Source: Chrysomallon squamiferum (Eukaryota > Animalia > Mollusca). From it: DNA of 64,000 nucleotides. The stretch covers positions 1,240,001 through 1,304,000 of the forward strand of contig CM022674.1 of NCBI GenBank assembly GCA_012295275.1, written 5' to 3'. The notes below the pieces were generated by a model, which ran no database searches, had not been told where the DNA came from, and saw only the letters and a program-made list of their open reading frames with translations. Position 1 is the first letter of the stretch. Each line of letters starts with the position of its first letter. Positions 30,680 to 45,027 of this stretch are shown here, piece by piece. Position numbers and translations under genes: made by a program.

Positions 30680-30983
30680 AAATCAAACATAAATAGATAA
30701 AAGTAAAAATGCATAAAATCAATAAGACTACATACGTCCACGCACGCACAAAAAACAAACTGGAGGTGGACAATGATATCACTGGGCCATCGAGACAGTC
30801 TTATTTTGTGTGCATACATTATACATGCATGTGTGTACGTACGTAAATATGTATGTATGTATGTATATGAGTGTCAGAGTGTGTATGTGTGTGCGTATAC
30901 ATGTTTGCATGTGTGTGTCTGTGTGTATGTATATATATATTTGTATATTTATGTGTGCGTGCCTGTGTGTTTAGGTATGTATC

Positions 30984-31014
<31 letters not shown>

Positions 31015-33085
31015 ATATGCATGTATGTATGTATATATGTATGTGTGTGGTGTGTGTATATATGCATGTATGTATGTATGTATGTATATATGTGTGTATG
31101 TGTGTGTATGTATATATGCATGTATGTATGTATGTACGCCTTTTAAAGTAAGTCAAAAGTTAGGTTAAGTATTGTAATTATGCAAAACTGTTAATAATCA
31201 TAATAATATCTAAATAAATGTATAAATAAGTATGATAAAATAGAAAAGTGTAACAACAGTAACAAAAATCTTAACTCAGGAAATTGACCCCAAAAACACG
31301 AGGCCATTTTTGTACGAACAAACAAACCTAACAACCTGAAGTCACTTCATCGACGGAAACCCTACAGATTATAAACCAGTTTGAATAAGACAGAATCAGA
31401 AGAAAATTACATCAAACGAAACCTGCAAGATGAAGAAAGCTTCTTTTTTTCTTTTTTTCTTTATCAAAAGACCAGTAATGACATGTCTGCGTTAGCGTTT
31501 TGCTTCTGGCCTGATTGATCGCGGGTTCAATCCTGATTAGTGTGCGCTATTGAACAGTGGCTTGTTTAGTGTAGAAGATTGTCTAGTCTGTGGTTCTTGT
31601 AAGAATACGTTCCATTACAAACACTGGTTTTTGTTTTTTGTGCAAAATCTGTTACGTAAGTCGGATTAGGGTTTGTGATTAATGGTAATATTTTTTTTTA
31701 CAGTTAACAAACGTATGCGTTTATTTAAAAGAAGTATACTGTATCCTTTGATCTGTAGGATTTAGAGATCCTACCCATGTACCCTGACCCGCCTTATCTG
31801 CCCGTGTGTTTAGTACCATGATCCTCCGCGAATGAAAGTGACATATAATATGACGTACTTTTGTTCTATACATTTTCTTAACCTGAAATGCACCTTACAG
31901 GTAATCATAAATCAGCGTTTGTAAAATATTTTTGTACTAATGGAATCCATACAGATTGAGCGGAAGGCACAGAGAACCAAAAAAATAGCGGAACCTAAAG
32001 CATTTCAAATTTCCAATACGAATGATTTTCATCTGGGAAAGTGGGCACGGAACCAATTTGTAACTGTGTTTGAGAACCGCTAAAACCCACGTACGTCATA
32101 CTAACCAAAGTATGCTACTATGCCAACGTACAAACACAATTTATTGTACACTAATTTTGAGGGGTAGGTTTGTATGGGTGTTTTTTTTTTTTTTTTTACC
32201 TGCGGTTTTTTCAAAACAGCAAAGAAGGAGGATTGTTTGTATTTGGAAGCCAAAATTTTGAACATAGTCACAATTCAGTGCATGCCAAACGTCAGAGCAA
32301 ATTATGCTGTTTCTGCTCAGTTGTTGCACAGTTTCGTACACATATGTATTTGATATGATATCAGTGGATGTGGTGTTAAATATATATATATGAATTACTG
32401 TAAATAATTAACAAACACGAAACGTCGAATTATAACAAATTAAATATCGACAAAGTGCTCTGTACGAAAATATCTGTCTTCCGGTTTAATAATGTCTGTA
32501 ATCATTTCTGATTCGAACGATCTACGAAATGAACGGATTGAACAGTTACAGAACGGTGAACTTTTATTGATTGTTTTTTCCAAGGCCTTACCAGAATGCT
32601 TTTCGAAAGAGTGAAAATATAAGTTTTGGCTTCAAGTAAATGGTTATAAAATTTTTTTTAAAGAGAATGTTTTCAAATGTATTTTTATAAGAGTTCATTT
32701 AGTAAAGTGACTGAATTATACTGACGTACATCGCACAAACACGTGCACTAATCCACATTAAAAGCTTACACAACACAAAATATATCACACACACACAGAT
32801 AATTAAATACGTATATGCACAGATCCACGCAAACATATATTTAATAAGACGCCATGTTTTAGGGGAAGTGAAACGAAAGAGAGACAGACAGAAAGGTAAG
32901 TAGGGACCCATTCCCCCAAAAAGTTTTAAAAAAATAATAAAAAAAAATGTTAATTAATTTATTAAATGGCTTAGTAAGCCTGGTATTCGCGTGTATTGCT
33001 GAAACTGAGAATGATGATAACTTTTATCTACAGGGATTAGTAGAAATTGATTCCATTATAGCACATAAAAAGTTTAATTAATGTT

Positions 33086-33157
33086 TGCCCCGACAGGGAA
33101 TTGAACCCTGGATCTTCGGTTTACGAGACCGACGCCTTACGACTTGGCCACCGAGGC
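33086..33157 (-). tRNA. trnT-CGT: tRNA-Thr(CGT), best-preserved copy
   Basis: GCCTCGG TG GCC AAGTCGTAA GGC G TCGGT CTCGTAA ACCGA AGATC CAGGG TTCAATT CCCTG TCGGGGC A. 72-nt cloverleaf with all stems paired (two G-U in the acceptor stem) and a T5 Pol III terminator ~14 nt downstream. The D-loop has CG instead of the invariant GG. Confidence 0.85.
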
Positions 33158-33363
33158 TTGGTAAGTTTGCTTCGTTTTCTTTTGATTTATTTATTCAGTT
33201 CACAATTTAACACCTTAGTGCGAAAAGGTCATGAGTAGTCCATGGTTTGAATGGTTTTTCATTTTCATCGTTTTTTGTGAATGGAAAATGTTTTCTTTGC
33301 CAGATGTTGTTTTGTTTTGTTTTGTTTGTTGTTATTTAGTTGTTTTTTTCTCTTTTTAATTTA

Positions 33364-33395
<32 letters not shown>

Positions 33396-33406
33396 TTTAT
33401 TAGGTT

Positions 33407-33437
<31 letters not shown>

Positions 33438-34799
33438 TATTTTATTTATTTATTTTGTTTTAGTTTTTTTTCTTTTTTTCTGAGGGTTTGTTTTTTTTTT
33501 TTTTTTTTTTAATTTTTTTTTCATCCATTTATTAATATTATTATTATTATTATTATTATTATTACTGTTGTATTTCATTTTTATATTGTAATGTTTAGCA
33601 TTTATCAAATATAACTAGTATTTGTCATTGTTTTTGATGTTGTTAATACTATCATTATCATCATGCTATTGTTATTGTTGTTGTCATTTTTTATTACTTT
33701 TGCTGTCATAATAATCATCATCGTTATTACGATCCATTAAACATCATTATCTTTATATTTTTTTTTATTATTATTTTTTCTCGGATATATACTTCGGTAA
33801 ATAAACTAAACAACTGAGTCGCAATCGTTTAAAATTCGCTCAGAATCGCGTTAACGCAAATTGGAACATCGCTTAAGAATTGGGACGAAAACCAAGTGAG
33901 ATTTCCTATCAATTAAAAAACCGCAGACGATCATTTCCTGACGAAATTTGTCGTTTCCTAACGAACGGCCGATTTCCTCGCCGAAAACTGTCGAAGCAGC
34001 TGGCTCGTGCGGTTTTCGTAATTTAAGCACGTCCCGGCAGAATTAGTTCGATTCTCGCGCGCCCCGGCGAAACTGGGCGACTTGCAGCTTTCAGACAAGG
34101 ATTAGGAAATTGGAAAGATCAGTCAAGTTTGAGAGGACGATCAGCGTTTTTCGTATTGATTCTCTTTTACTTTACTTTTCTTCCGTTTTTTTTTCTTTTT
34201 TTTTTTTTTTTTTTTTGTTCCGGCTTTTACACTTTGACAATAATGTTTTCCTAGCGACAAAGTTTTAAGTTAATGAGTTCGAGTTCCTCGCATTTGATCT
34301 TCGCAGAGCTTCAAGTTATTTTTTTCAGCAGTGGTATTAAATGTGTTAGCAAATCTTCTCCTTTTATTTCTGGTTTCAGATTTATTTGTTGCGTAATATC
34401 TTTTTGCTAGTATTCGGATTTACTTTATTTCTTTTTCTTATAATTCTTAAGTTTTATTCATCTTTTTTTCTTTTCTTTTTTTATTCACCGATGTGTGTTA
34501 TGATAATATTTTACTTTATTATTTATATGCGATTTATGTATTTACTTATTTACTTACTTGCTTACTTACTTATTTATTTATTTTATTTTATTTTATTTTA
34601 TTTTATTTATTATTAATTCTTATTTTTATTGTTATCGTTGCTATGGCCTCTTTATATAAAAATATATAAGCAGACAAATACAAGTTAACACAAAGAGAGC
34701 AGAAGACGCAATCCGAAAAGAAATTGACAGCCATACATAAAAATGATTGGCAAATGCCTCTAATGAAACATTTGGACTAAAAATGTTTTGTCGCCATAG

Positions 34800-34830
<31 letters not shown>

Positions 34831-35242
34831 AATGACTTCTGACCACAAAACACATGCGCAGTGAGTACAGTGGTATTTCGTTTTCGGGTTAAGTACAGTA
34901 CGATTGTCTTTGATGCCTTATTTTACAAAGAAAACTTTTAATAACATTTTTTTATTTGATGTCATTTCGACCATCGATTCATACAGAATACAACAAAAAA
35001 AACAAAACAAGGAGCACAATAAAACTGGACTTAATCGAAAAATGGCTTCCGGAAAGTTTCCCGAATATAAAACGTTTAAAGAACTGGATGTGTAAAATAC
35101 TGTGAAAGTAAATATTTTAAGATAAATAAGATTTATTTATTGTAAACCCGCGTTCATTTTCGTGACAGGAATTTCACATTTTTGTACAAGATCGTGACCT
35201 TTGATGATAAGAGGTTTTATGTGTAATGTTTTATATTCTTTA

Positions 35243-35246
<4 letters not shown>

Positions 35247-35321
<75 letters not shown>

Positions 35322-35482
35322 CTCTTTCTCTCTCATTCTCTCTCTCTCTGTCTCTCTCATTCTCTCTCTCTGTCTCTGTCTCTCTCTCTCTATATATATA
35401 TCTGTCTCTCTCTGTGTCTCTCTCTCTTTCTCTGTCTCTCTCTGTCTCTCTCTATATATATATCTATCTGTTTCTCTCTCTG

Positions 35483-35570
<88 letters not shown>
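35247..35570. repeat. Interrupted (CT)n microsatellite
   Basis: Direct inspection. Confidence 0.95.
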
Positions 35571-35573
<3 letters not shown>

Positions 35574-36254
35574 GACTCCATTAGCTCATAAATATCTTTC
35601 TGTTATCACAAAACCAAAGCTCTTCCACATTTCTGTTTCTCATTGTCTTTGACGCTCACATTCCCAATCTCTCGTTACTCTCGGTGGCACATAAACAAAT
35701 TCAACTCAATTCCGTGACACAAGTCATTAATTACCATCTTCCAAAACCTTCCCCTGACTTATCTTCTCACTGTATTTACATACGCTCTGATGACTTCAAG
35801 ACAGCAAATCTACTAACTGATATCATTTTTACAACACTTAGTGTGTACTGGAGCAGCAGTCATACCCAGTACTGCTATATTATACTACGACCAGTGAAAC
35901 GTCCACAGTCATAATCATCCATACCAATTGCTAAAACAGGCTAAAATTAATTGTTGATAAAACAGACACAGTTATTGTAATTCGCTGTAAAGACATCGAT
36001 GAAGAAATAAATAAAAATACTCCGAGAGGCTGATTTATCACGGATCTGTCAGTCGATTCGATCTTAGTTCGCTTGTTTGCTGATACGTGCAGAGGATTGG
36101 TGAGTGACTTGCACAAATTCTTTTCTAATCGTCTGCAAACAAAACGCTTTGCTAGATACCGATTTTCTAATGTCATTGATAGAGTTCTTGATTGGGTTGA
36201 AGGATTTTAGAGATAAGGCAGATTTATTTGATAGAGAGAGAGAGGGAGGGGAGG

Positions 36255-36371
<117 letters not shown>

Positions 36372-37009
36372 AAATAGTATACAGAGAGAAGTTTGGCTGC
36401 ATTCAGTTCTATATCATCTATAAAGGAATTTTCGAGATTTCGATCTATAATTATGAACGACAGGATTAAGGAAGGGTTATTTTTTAAATTAATTAATTAA
36501 TTTATTTTGTTGTTTGTTTATTTATTCATTCATTCATTCATTTTACTGCTATAATTATTACTTTTATATCATTTTAATTTATTTCATTGCAAAAACTATT
36601 TCCAGGACACGATGTGTGTGTGTGTGTGTGTTTGTATGTATCTGTACATGTGTAACGATAGTCAAATTTTTATACTGAGAAATAACAGTACAAGAAAAAC
36701 AGTAAGAATAATATTTATACGTCGTAGGTGCTGCCTTGAAATTTCGCACTCTCGTACAAACATGCGCGCGCATGAATACAAAACATTAATTTACTTTCTT
36801 CGTTTTTCTTTTTTCACTCTTCCCCTCATTTTTATTTTCCTTCCTTTCTTACTGCTCTTTTTTAATTTAACTTTTTTCTTGAAATAAAATATTACGACGA
36901 AAATTCAGATTAATCAAGGAAACTCTTTTAGATAATTTGTCATTCTCTTTATAATTTGTTTTATTGCGATAATAATAATTAAAAATTATTAATAATAATT
37001 ATTATTATG

Positions 37010-37089
<80 letters not shown>

Positions 37090-37815
37090 GACTATTATTC
37101 TTATTACTATTATTATTATTATGGTGTTTCAAATAAATTATAAAAACTAAAAATGTTTTATTCTGAAACTAAATGAATAATTCTTCAAATGAAGGAAAAC
37201 CTGTTAGATGATTTGTCATTCTCGTTTTGTTAGATTGCGCTAGGAAATGAAATCTTTAATATAAATTACTTTCATTTCTTTATCTGACGTCTGCCTTATC
37301 GATTTGCTCGTTGTTTTTCATTCTCAAACCTCCTGGTCAAAATGAATAAGTTAAAGATGCTTGTGGCCGCAGTTCAGAATGAACTAACGACGTCAGTTTA
37401 AAGATACTCGACTTCCTGATCTCATTTTGTTCTTATCGTTATTCTTGGTTGTATTATTTCTCAGTATATATATACATGTGTTTATTTTTGAATGATTATG
37501 TGTGTTCTTGTATGCACATTTAAGCGTACAGCTACACACACAATCTACACTAGTATGCGTTACATATACACTTATGTATGTGTGTATACACACTCATGCA
37601 GTCACATACAAAAATATATACATACATGCATACAAACATGCAACATACATAAATAATTGTACGTACGTGTATACATAAATATAAACGCATATTTACATTC
37701 ATATATATACATACATATACATATATATACGCAAATATTCATATATATATATATACACACGTACATAAAATACATACATACGATCATATATATAAACAGA
37801 AACAATCACTGAGTC

Positions 37816-37920
<105 letters not shown>

Positions 37921-38149
37921 CATACTGTAGAAAGGTAGATGAAACCTATATGAATGTGTTAAATAAAAGAGACAGACAGGTGAAGGAACTCCTAACACGG
38001 TGAGTTACAGTTTTATCAGAGTCGTAGATTGTGTTATCTAGGATGATTTCTTAACAGTACAACTTGTCCGTTTTACGTGAAAAATACATCCTGTTATCAG
38101 AATAACTGAAACTAACACCACTGTTTCCAATACGTCAGAGTTCTCTTTC

Positions 38150-38184
<35 letters not shown>

Positions 38185-38202
38185 TTCACATAACTGTTAT
38201 CA

Positions 38203-38300
38203 CAGGTTGAGGATCCCTTATTCGAAATCCCGAAATCCCGAAATCCGAAAGTTTTTCCGAATGGCAGAAAAATTAACATCTTACGATTTTCGGATTACTT
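38203..38300 (+). mobile_element. Tc1/mariner-pogo (Tigger4/Zombi-like) DNA transposon terminus, solo fragment
   Basis: CAGGTTGAGGATCCCTTATTCGAAATCCCGAAATCCCGAAATCCGAAAGTTTT resembles the Tigger4-type end CAGGTTGAG.ATCCCT.ATCCGAAA..CCGAAATCCGAAA as I recall it (not searched). No partner TIR seen, and the TA target site reads CA. Confidence 0.6.
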
Positions 38301-38371
38301 CGCATATAGTAGCTTTATTTTTATAACAGAATTTGTTAATATACGTATATATATTTGTTAATAAAACATAC

Positions 38372-38412
<41 letters not shown>

Positions 38413-38536
38413 ATGGATGGATGGATGGATGGATGGAAGCATGGATGGATGGATAGATATTATATAAAAAATAAAAAATAAAAATAATAATACTGCGGAC
38501 TATTTGTATAAATTGTATGTTAAAAAACTAGAACTC

Positions 38537-38588
<52 letters not shown>

Positions 38589-39638
38589 GATTGTTGCTTA
38601 TTATTATTATTATTATTATATTCGATTGTCCCGATAACAGTAAAAGAAGAAAAAGAAGAAGAGGTGCATAATTTCAATTTTAAACTTTTTTCTTTCTTTC
38701 TTTCTTTCTTACTTTTTTTTTTTTTTTTTTTGTTCAAACTTCCTACGCTTCGGCAGAACTCGAAGCCGTATCAACTCAAACACGAATCTGTCACGAGAGG
38801 TTTTTCTTACAGTACAAATGACCTTTGACATAAGCTGATTACACAGGTCAAATGTCTGATCTCGTTAAACAGCAGCAGACGTGAACCGAACGCGACGAGC
38901 GAACCCAGCTTTCACCTACCAACTTCCAGCCAAACAATTAATTCGTTTTTCTTCTTTCTTTCTGTCTTTCTTTTCTTTTCTTTTCTTTTCTTTTCTTTTC
39001 TTTATAATTAAACCTCATTAGACTTTAAACATTTTGTATCTCCATCAGAAGGCAAACCTACTTAACGGTTATGCCTCCGAGCAGAGTAAACGAAATGTCG
39101 GTTATGGCTGTCTGTCTGTCTGTCGAATTGACGAGAAAAGAGAGATTATTCAAAAGAGGATGCTACGACATTACAATTACCCTGAATTTCAGGTTTACCT
39201 TTCATCGCCGCCGAAGCCAATTATAACATAAAAGATCTTTTTTTAAAAAACAAGATAAACACTTGTTTCGGGTTTCAGCCATTTTTCAGACAGACGAAGT
39301 CACGAGGAGTACGGAAAATGTCTGAAACTAAAAGAGGCGGAGAGAGGAGTTGGGGGGGTAGAGCGTAGAAACAATAACATTCCTAATTTTTTAAAATACA
39401 GACAGGGTTTTTTTTTTTTGGTTGTGTTGTTATTTTTTCTTTATAAATAAAGGTAAACTAAGACCAAATTCATTTTGTAATTGATGTTGTAATAAGGGCA
39501 TCTTTCGTTAATAAGCATCCAGCCTCTTCTTGGAAACTCAGACTGTCGTCTGCTTTTCGTAGACATGAAGATCACGTGATGCTTTTCTTTTACCTAAAAG
39601 TAATGCTTAAAGATTAAAATAAAGTACTAGAACGCCTG

Positions 39639-39672
<34 letters not shown>

Positions 39673-39763
39673 ACCAATAAACATCATCCACAAAGAGTAA
39701 CCACACAACGTAATATAAATCATTACCAAATATGTCTTATTAAATTCTTTTCTTCTTCTTCTT

Positions 39764-39797
<34 letters not shown>

Positions 39798-40173
39798 CTA
39801 CGTTCTTGTAGGTGGATCAAAGAGAGTGTTTCGTTGTTGTCTGGACATTTCCAATTTTTGTTCGCTTGATAAAAATTTTCTTCCTCGTTATAAATAAAAT
39901 TGATCTTGAAAGTTTTACAAACGCTAACGACATCATTTTTTTTTCCTGTAAGAGATTTTGAATCGGACTCTGATACGTCTGTCTTCACGTCTGTTTGTCT
40001 GTATCTGGAAGGAAGATCAAAGAAGATCAAAGATAATTAGGATCAACGTAGAATTTAAATCATGCGAGGATCAGTGATGTTAGAAAAGATCTGCTCTGAC
40101 GCCAAGTACTTTACATGTTTCTCTGTTTGTTCAAATTAAAAGTGCAAGATACTCATCTCTTTTCAGTATTTCG

Positions 40174-40220
<47 letters not shown>

Positions 40221-40271
40221 TAACAACAACAGCAGTAATAATAATAATAGATGATAGTAATAAAGATGATG

Positions 40272-40308
<37 letters not shown>

Positions 40309-40962
40309 CAACAACAACAACAATAATAATAATAGCAGTAGTAGTAATAATAATAATAATAACAATAATAATAGTAATAGTACTAGTAGCAGCAGCAGAA
40401 GTAGAAAAAAGTAGTAGTGGTAATAACTGAATGCTTGGAATCTGACACTCGACTTTATTTTGACGTCATTTTATTACGTAAACATTCTAAAATGGACCCC
40501 GATTAAATCATGTTCAACTTTATTCTTCCTACCGCCATTTTCTCCTACGTTTACTACATTTGTATGTACGACATGACGTCACACAACTTCCAATGTCAGT
40601 CTCCATGTATTATATTAGTGCTATTGTTGTTGTGTTGCTTTTACAGTTCTTCTTGTTATACTCTATTAATAAAGGTTGGGGAGGTTAAGATTTAACAAAG
40701 CATTATAAAACAAATGTGGATTATTTATCTCAGCTAACAAAAGTCACTTTGAGCTTTCTACAAAAATAAGAAATATAAATTTTCAGTTTTCAGTACAGTC
40801 AATCCTTTTAGAAAATATTCTAGAATCTGTATTTTGCCTGAAATACAAAAATGTCCTAAACTGTCCATACGTTTTCTTTTTTTTTTTTTTTTTTTTTTTA
40901 TACCTTTTTTTTTAATTATTTTAAAAGGTTATTAACTGAGACCTTTTTTTTTATTATTATTA

Positions 40963-40995
<33 letters not shown>

Positions 40996-41141
40996 TTAGC
41001 TATCTATCTTTCTCTTATTTTCTTTCTTTTTTTTATTTATTTATTTATTTATTATCATCATTATTATCATTATCATCATCATTATTATTATTATTTTATT
41101 ATTTTAACTCCACAAACGCCTTTTAAAAATAGTCAAAGAGA

Positions 41142-41172
<31 letters not shown>

Positions 41173-41665
41173 CCTGTAAATACATATGCATGACTTCGTA
41201 ACAAATTATATTCTATTCTCAGCCGCTGGCGGTAAAACACACAGGACAAATTTGCTGAGACAGAAACTGTTGAGTGAGATCAAAGGCTGCGACTTTGCGT
41301 GGGATGACAGCGCAATTTAGACAGTGCTATTTAATTACGCAAACTCCGTTGTCATAGAATTCGTTTTTGGCGCTAATGAAATAATTTGATATTGAGAAAA
41401 TTAGGCCTTGCAAATAGAAGTAATTTTCGGATAGTGATTTGAGAAAAAGATAAATTAAAGGTGATGATAATGACGATGATGATGATGATGATAACAACAG
41501 CAACAACAACAATAATAATAATAATCATATGAAGGACACCAACAACAACGACGAAGACGACGATAAAACAAAAATAATAGGAAGAAGAAGAAAAAGAAGA
41601 TGAAAGATTAGAAAGATCAAGAATAATAACAATAATAGCAACAATAATAATAATAATAATAATTA

Positions 41666-41708
<43 letters not shown>

Positions 41709-41853
41709 ATCGCTTTTTTGTCAACTGAAAACCATTTTACAATATTTTTATGCATAAACCACGTGTAATAACCGTGATAGGAGCAGTGAGGTATGAATTT
41801 GTAATTAATATCAACAGCTATATTTCTTTTCTTTTCTTTTATTTTTTTTTTTT

Positions 41854-41892
<39 letters not shown>

Positions 41893-41913
41893 TTTTCATT
41901 TATTTATTCTTTT

Positions 41914-41944
<31 letters not shown>

Positions 41945-43694
41945 TTTTCATTTATTTATTCTCTTTATTATTATTATTATTATTATTATTATTTATTATT
42001 ATATATATATATTTTTTTTATTTTTTTTTATTTTGTAAATTGATATTAAAGGGTTTTGAAATGATTCAAATACAGATGATTTCCAACAGTAAAATTATTT
42101 TGAAACAGAAAGAGATGTCGAAAACTGAAGATAAAAATCAAGAAAGATTCAAGAAAGAAAGAAAGTAGTAAGGCAAGAGAGACAGAAAGAAAGAAAGAAA
42201 GAAAGAACGAAAGAAAAAGAAAGAAAGGAAAAAGACAAGATCAAAACAGGAAGAAAAACTAAAAAGAATCAGGTGAAGTGTGTGACATTTTTTTTTTCTT
42301 TTAAAATAATGATTCGCAGAAATCCACTTTCATACAGCTATCCATTAGCAGTAAGTGATATTTAATATGTACCTTCCCACAGGAGAAAACACAAATACTT
42401 TAGCCTCTGATAATCCGTTTCTTGATAAATGAGCTACACAGAGAAATATCGTCATGCAAAGCAATTCAGAGGAATCGATCCTACGATCTGCGAAACCTTA
42501 CGCCCGAGTTACTCGAAGCAACGAATACGATTACTTATATTTATTTCAAAACAAGCAGCAGTGAATTATTCTGTTTATTTTGATCCGAGTTCAGAAGCTA
42601 TAACAAACTGCAGAGGCTATGAACCAGAATATCGCCTGCGATGTCAAGTAAATGTTAGCGAAGCTGTTTACAAACAACAGATGCTTACTGTTACTGCTGC
42701 AAGGAGCATGGATTTGAAACAGAACTAATCGAAAATATGTTGATTTACGCCGCTGTATTCGGTCACTCAGATTCATAAATTCATCGATGGACACTGTCCA
42801 TATCGATGAGTTTATGAATCGACATTTCAAGGTGAACAAATGTGAACTACTAAGTCACTGACGACACCAGTCAAACCGAAAATGTTTTTGTTAATCGCGT
42901 TTTATCAGCGACTCCGAAGAATTTGAGAGACCTGAAATATTACATTACAAAACATTTGTTATATTTAAGTGAATGAATAATTTCTGTGTTTTCCCACATA
43001 CAGAAAAGTCCATCACATAGTCTGAGATAAGACATAAATCTGTACAGTTAGTTATGTAGTGGCTGGAATGGATATTAATATAAATGGACTCATTAAGGAA
43101 AATGAATGGGTCCAGATAAATTACAACCTCTCTCTCTCTGTTGGTTTTATTCTAAACCATTCATACTGAAGCCACTTCAGAGTTCAGATAAGTCAAAACG
43201 AATTCTGACCGTTCATCTACACGTAAACACTGTTGACAACAATTTTAAAGCAATATTTTAGACATTTCAAGTATTAAAATATTACTTTAAAAATTAGTGA
43301 AAAAGTTTTTGTTTACAGAATAAAAATTACAAATGCTCATATATTCATTATTCAAACATTCAAATTTGTTATATAAGCACTTACTGATATACACAAATAT
43401 ATACAAAAACACAGATACATACAAAAACACAGATACATACACAAATGCACGTGCACGCACACATACTTAACACATGCAGATACATCCAATATCCGAACAT
43501 AAAAACATGCATGCACACTTTGTTAACACGAATGCAAAAAGCCATTATTTTATTTATATATCCATACAAATTGTGTCTTAGTGTCAGACTGTTACAGATT
43601 TAAAAACGAGGAGCCATGATTGAGGTCTGCAGACTGACAGACAGACAGACAGACAGACATGAGAGAGTTAGAGAGGAGAGACAGACAGACAGAC

Positions 43695-43807
<113 letters not shown>

Positions 43808-44720
43808 AATGCAGGCTTAATGTTCTCAAACTGTATCTGAACAAAACCCGTTGTGAAGATGCGATATTCAGCATTATTAGTCCTTAGCCCGAGTTTCTAA
43901 GCTAATAAAAAAAAAAAAAAAAAAAGGTTTATAGGACGATCCAGTATCCTGGGAATTCTAACCAAGTATGTGTTATTATGTCGAGTTTTTTTATTTTTAT
44001 TTTTTATATTTTTTATATATTTATTTATTTATTTATTTATTTATTTACTGGTACATATAATTCTGTATAGGTATCGTCCTTGAGAATTAACTGCAAGAAT
44101 CAGTTAACTGCAAGAATACATTAGACGTAAAAGCCTGTTGTCTATTGTACTGCAAATAGCAAAAACTGCAGGACTGGTTTTCTATCACGACAACATTATT
44201 AGCACTAGCATGAGACAGAATGAGAGTTTAAATGTTTACAGTTTTGCACACTTCTAGCGATGGCTGTTGAAAGGAATCGAACTCAAACGCAAACTCAAGG
44301 ACGTTGTTAGACTCAAAAATCAATTGTGTAACGCCGAATGTTTTGTAGGCGACCCGGGAGAAATTCCTGTCTGTGTGTGAAAGTGTCAAGGATTTGAGAA
44401 GAGGGAGAATTGTTTAGTCTTACACTTCCACAGACAGTCAGACGCAAGACCCGATCTCCAGGCGCAGAATGCGCTTTTACGCTGTTTTCTGATATAAAGT
44501 ACGTTACCAGACGCTGTGTTCTGATGTCAGTACGTTACCAGAGAGTCTTTAGAGAAATCGCCTTTCTCTGCACTGCCCACAAGAAAGTGTCTGACGTCAC
44601 AGAACTAGAAACAAAACAGTGAGAGAGAGTGTTTCTGTTCTTACACGTAGCATGTTACTTCCCGGCAAAGTGGAAAGCATGTTTTATACAACTGTCCATT
44701 CATTTTGTAAATTATACAAG

Positions 44721-44721
<1 letters not shown>

Positions 44722-44796
<75 letters not shown>

Positions 44797-44840
44797 ACAC
44801 TCACACACAGACACATATACACACACACAGACACACACTG

Positions 44841-44895
<55 letters not shown>

Positions 44896-45027
44896 TACAC
44901 AGACACACACACTGACACATATACAGAGACACACACACTGACACATATACACACACACACGCACACATACACAGACACACACTGACACATATACACACAC
45001 ACAGAGAGACACACACACACACATACA
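44722..45027. repeat. Compound (CA)n microsatellite with recurring ctgacacatatac units
   Basis: Direct inspection. Confidence 0.9.
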
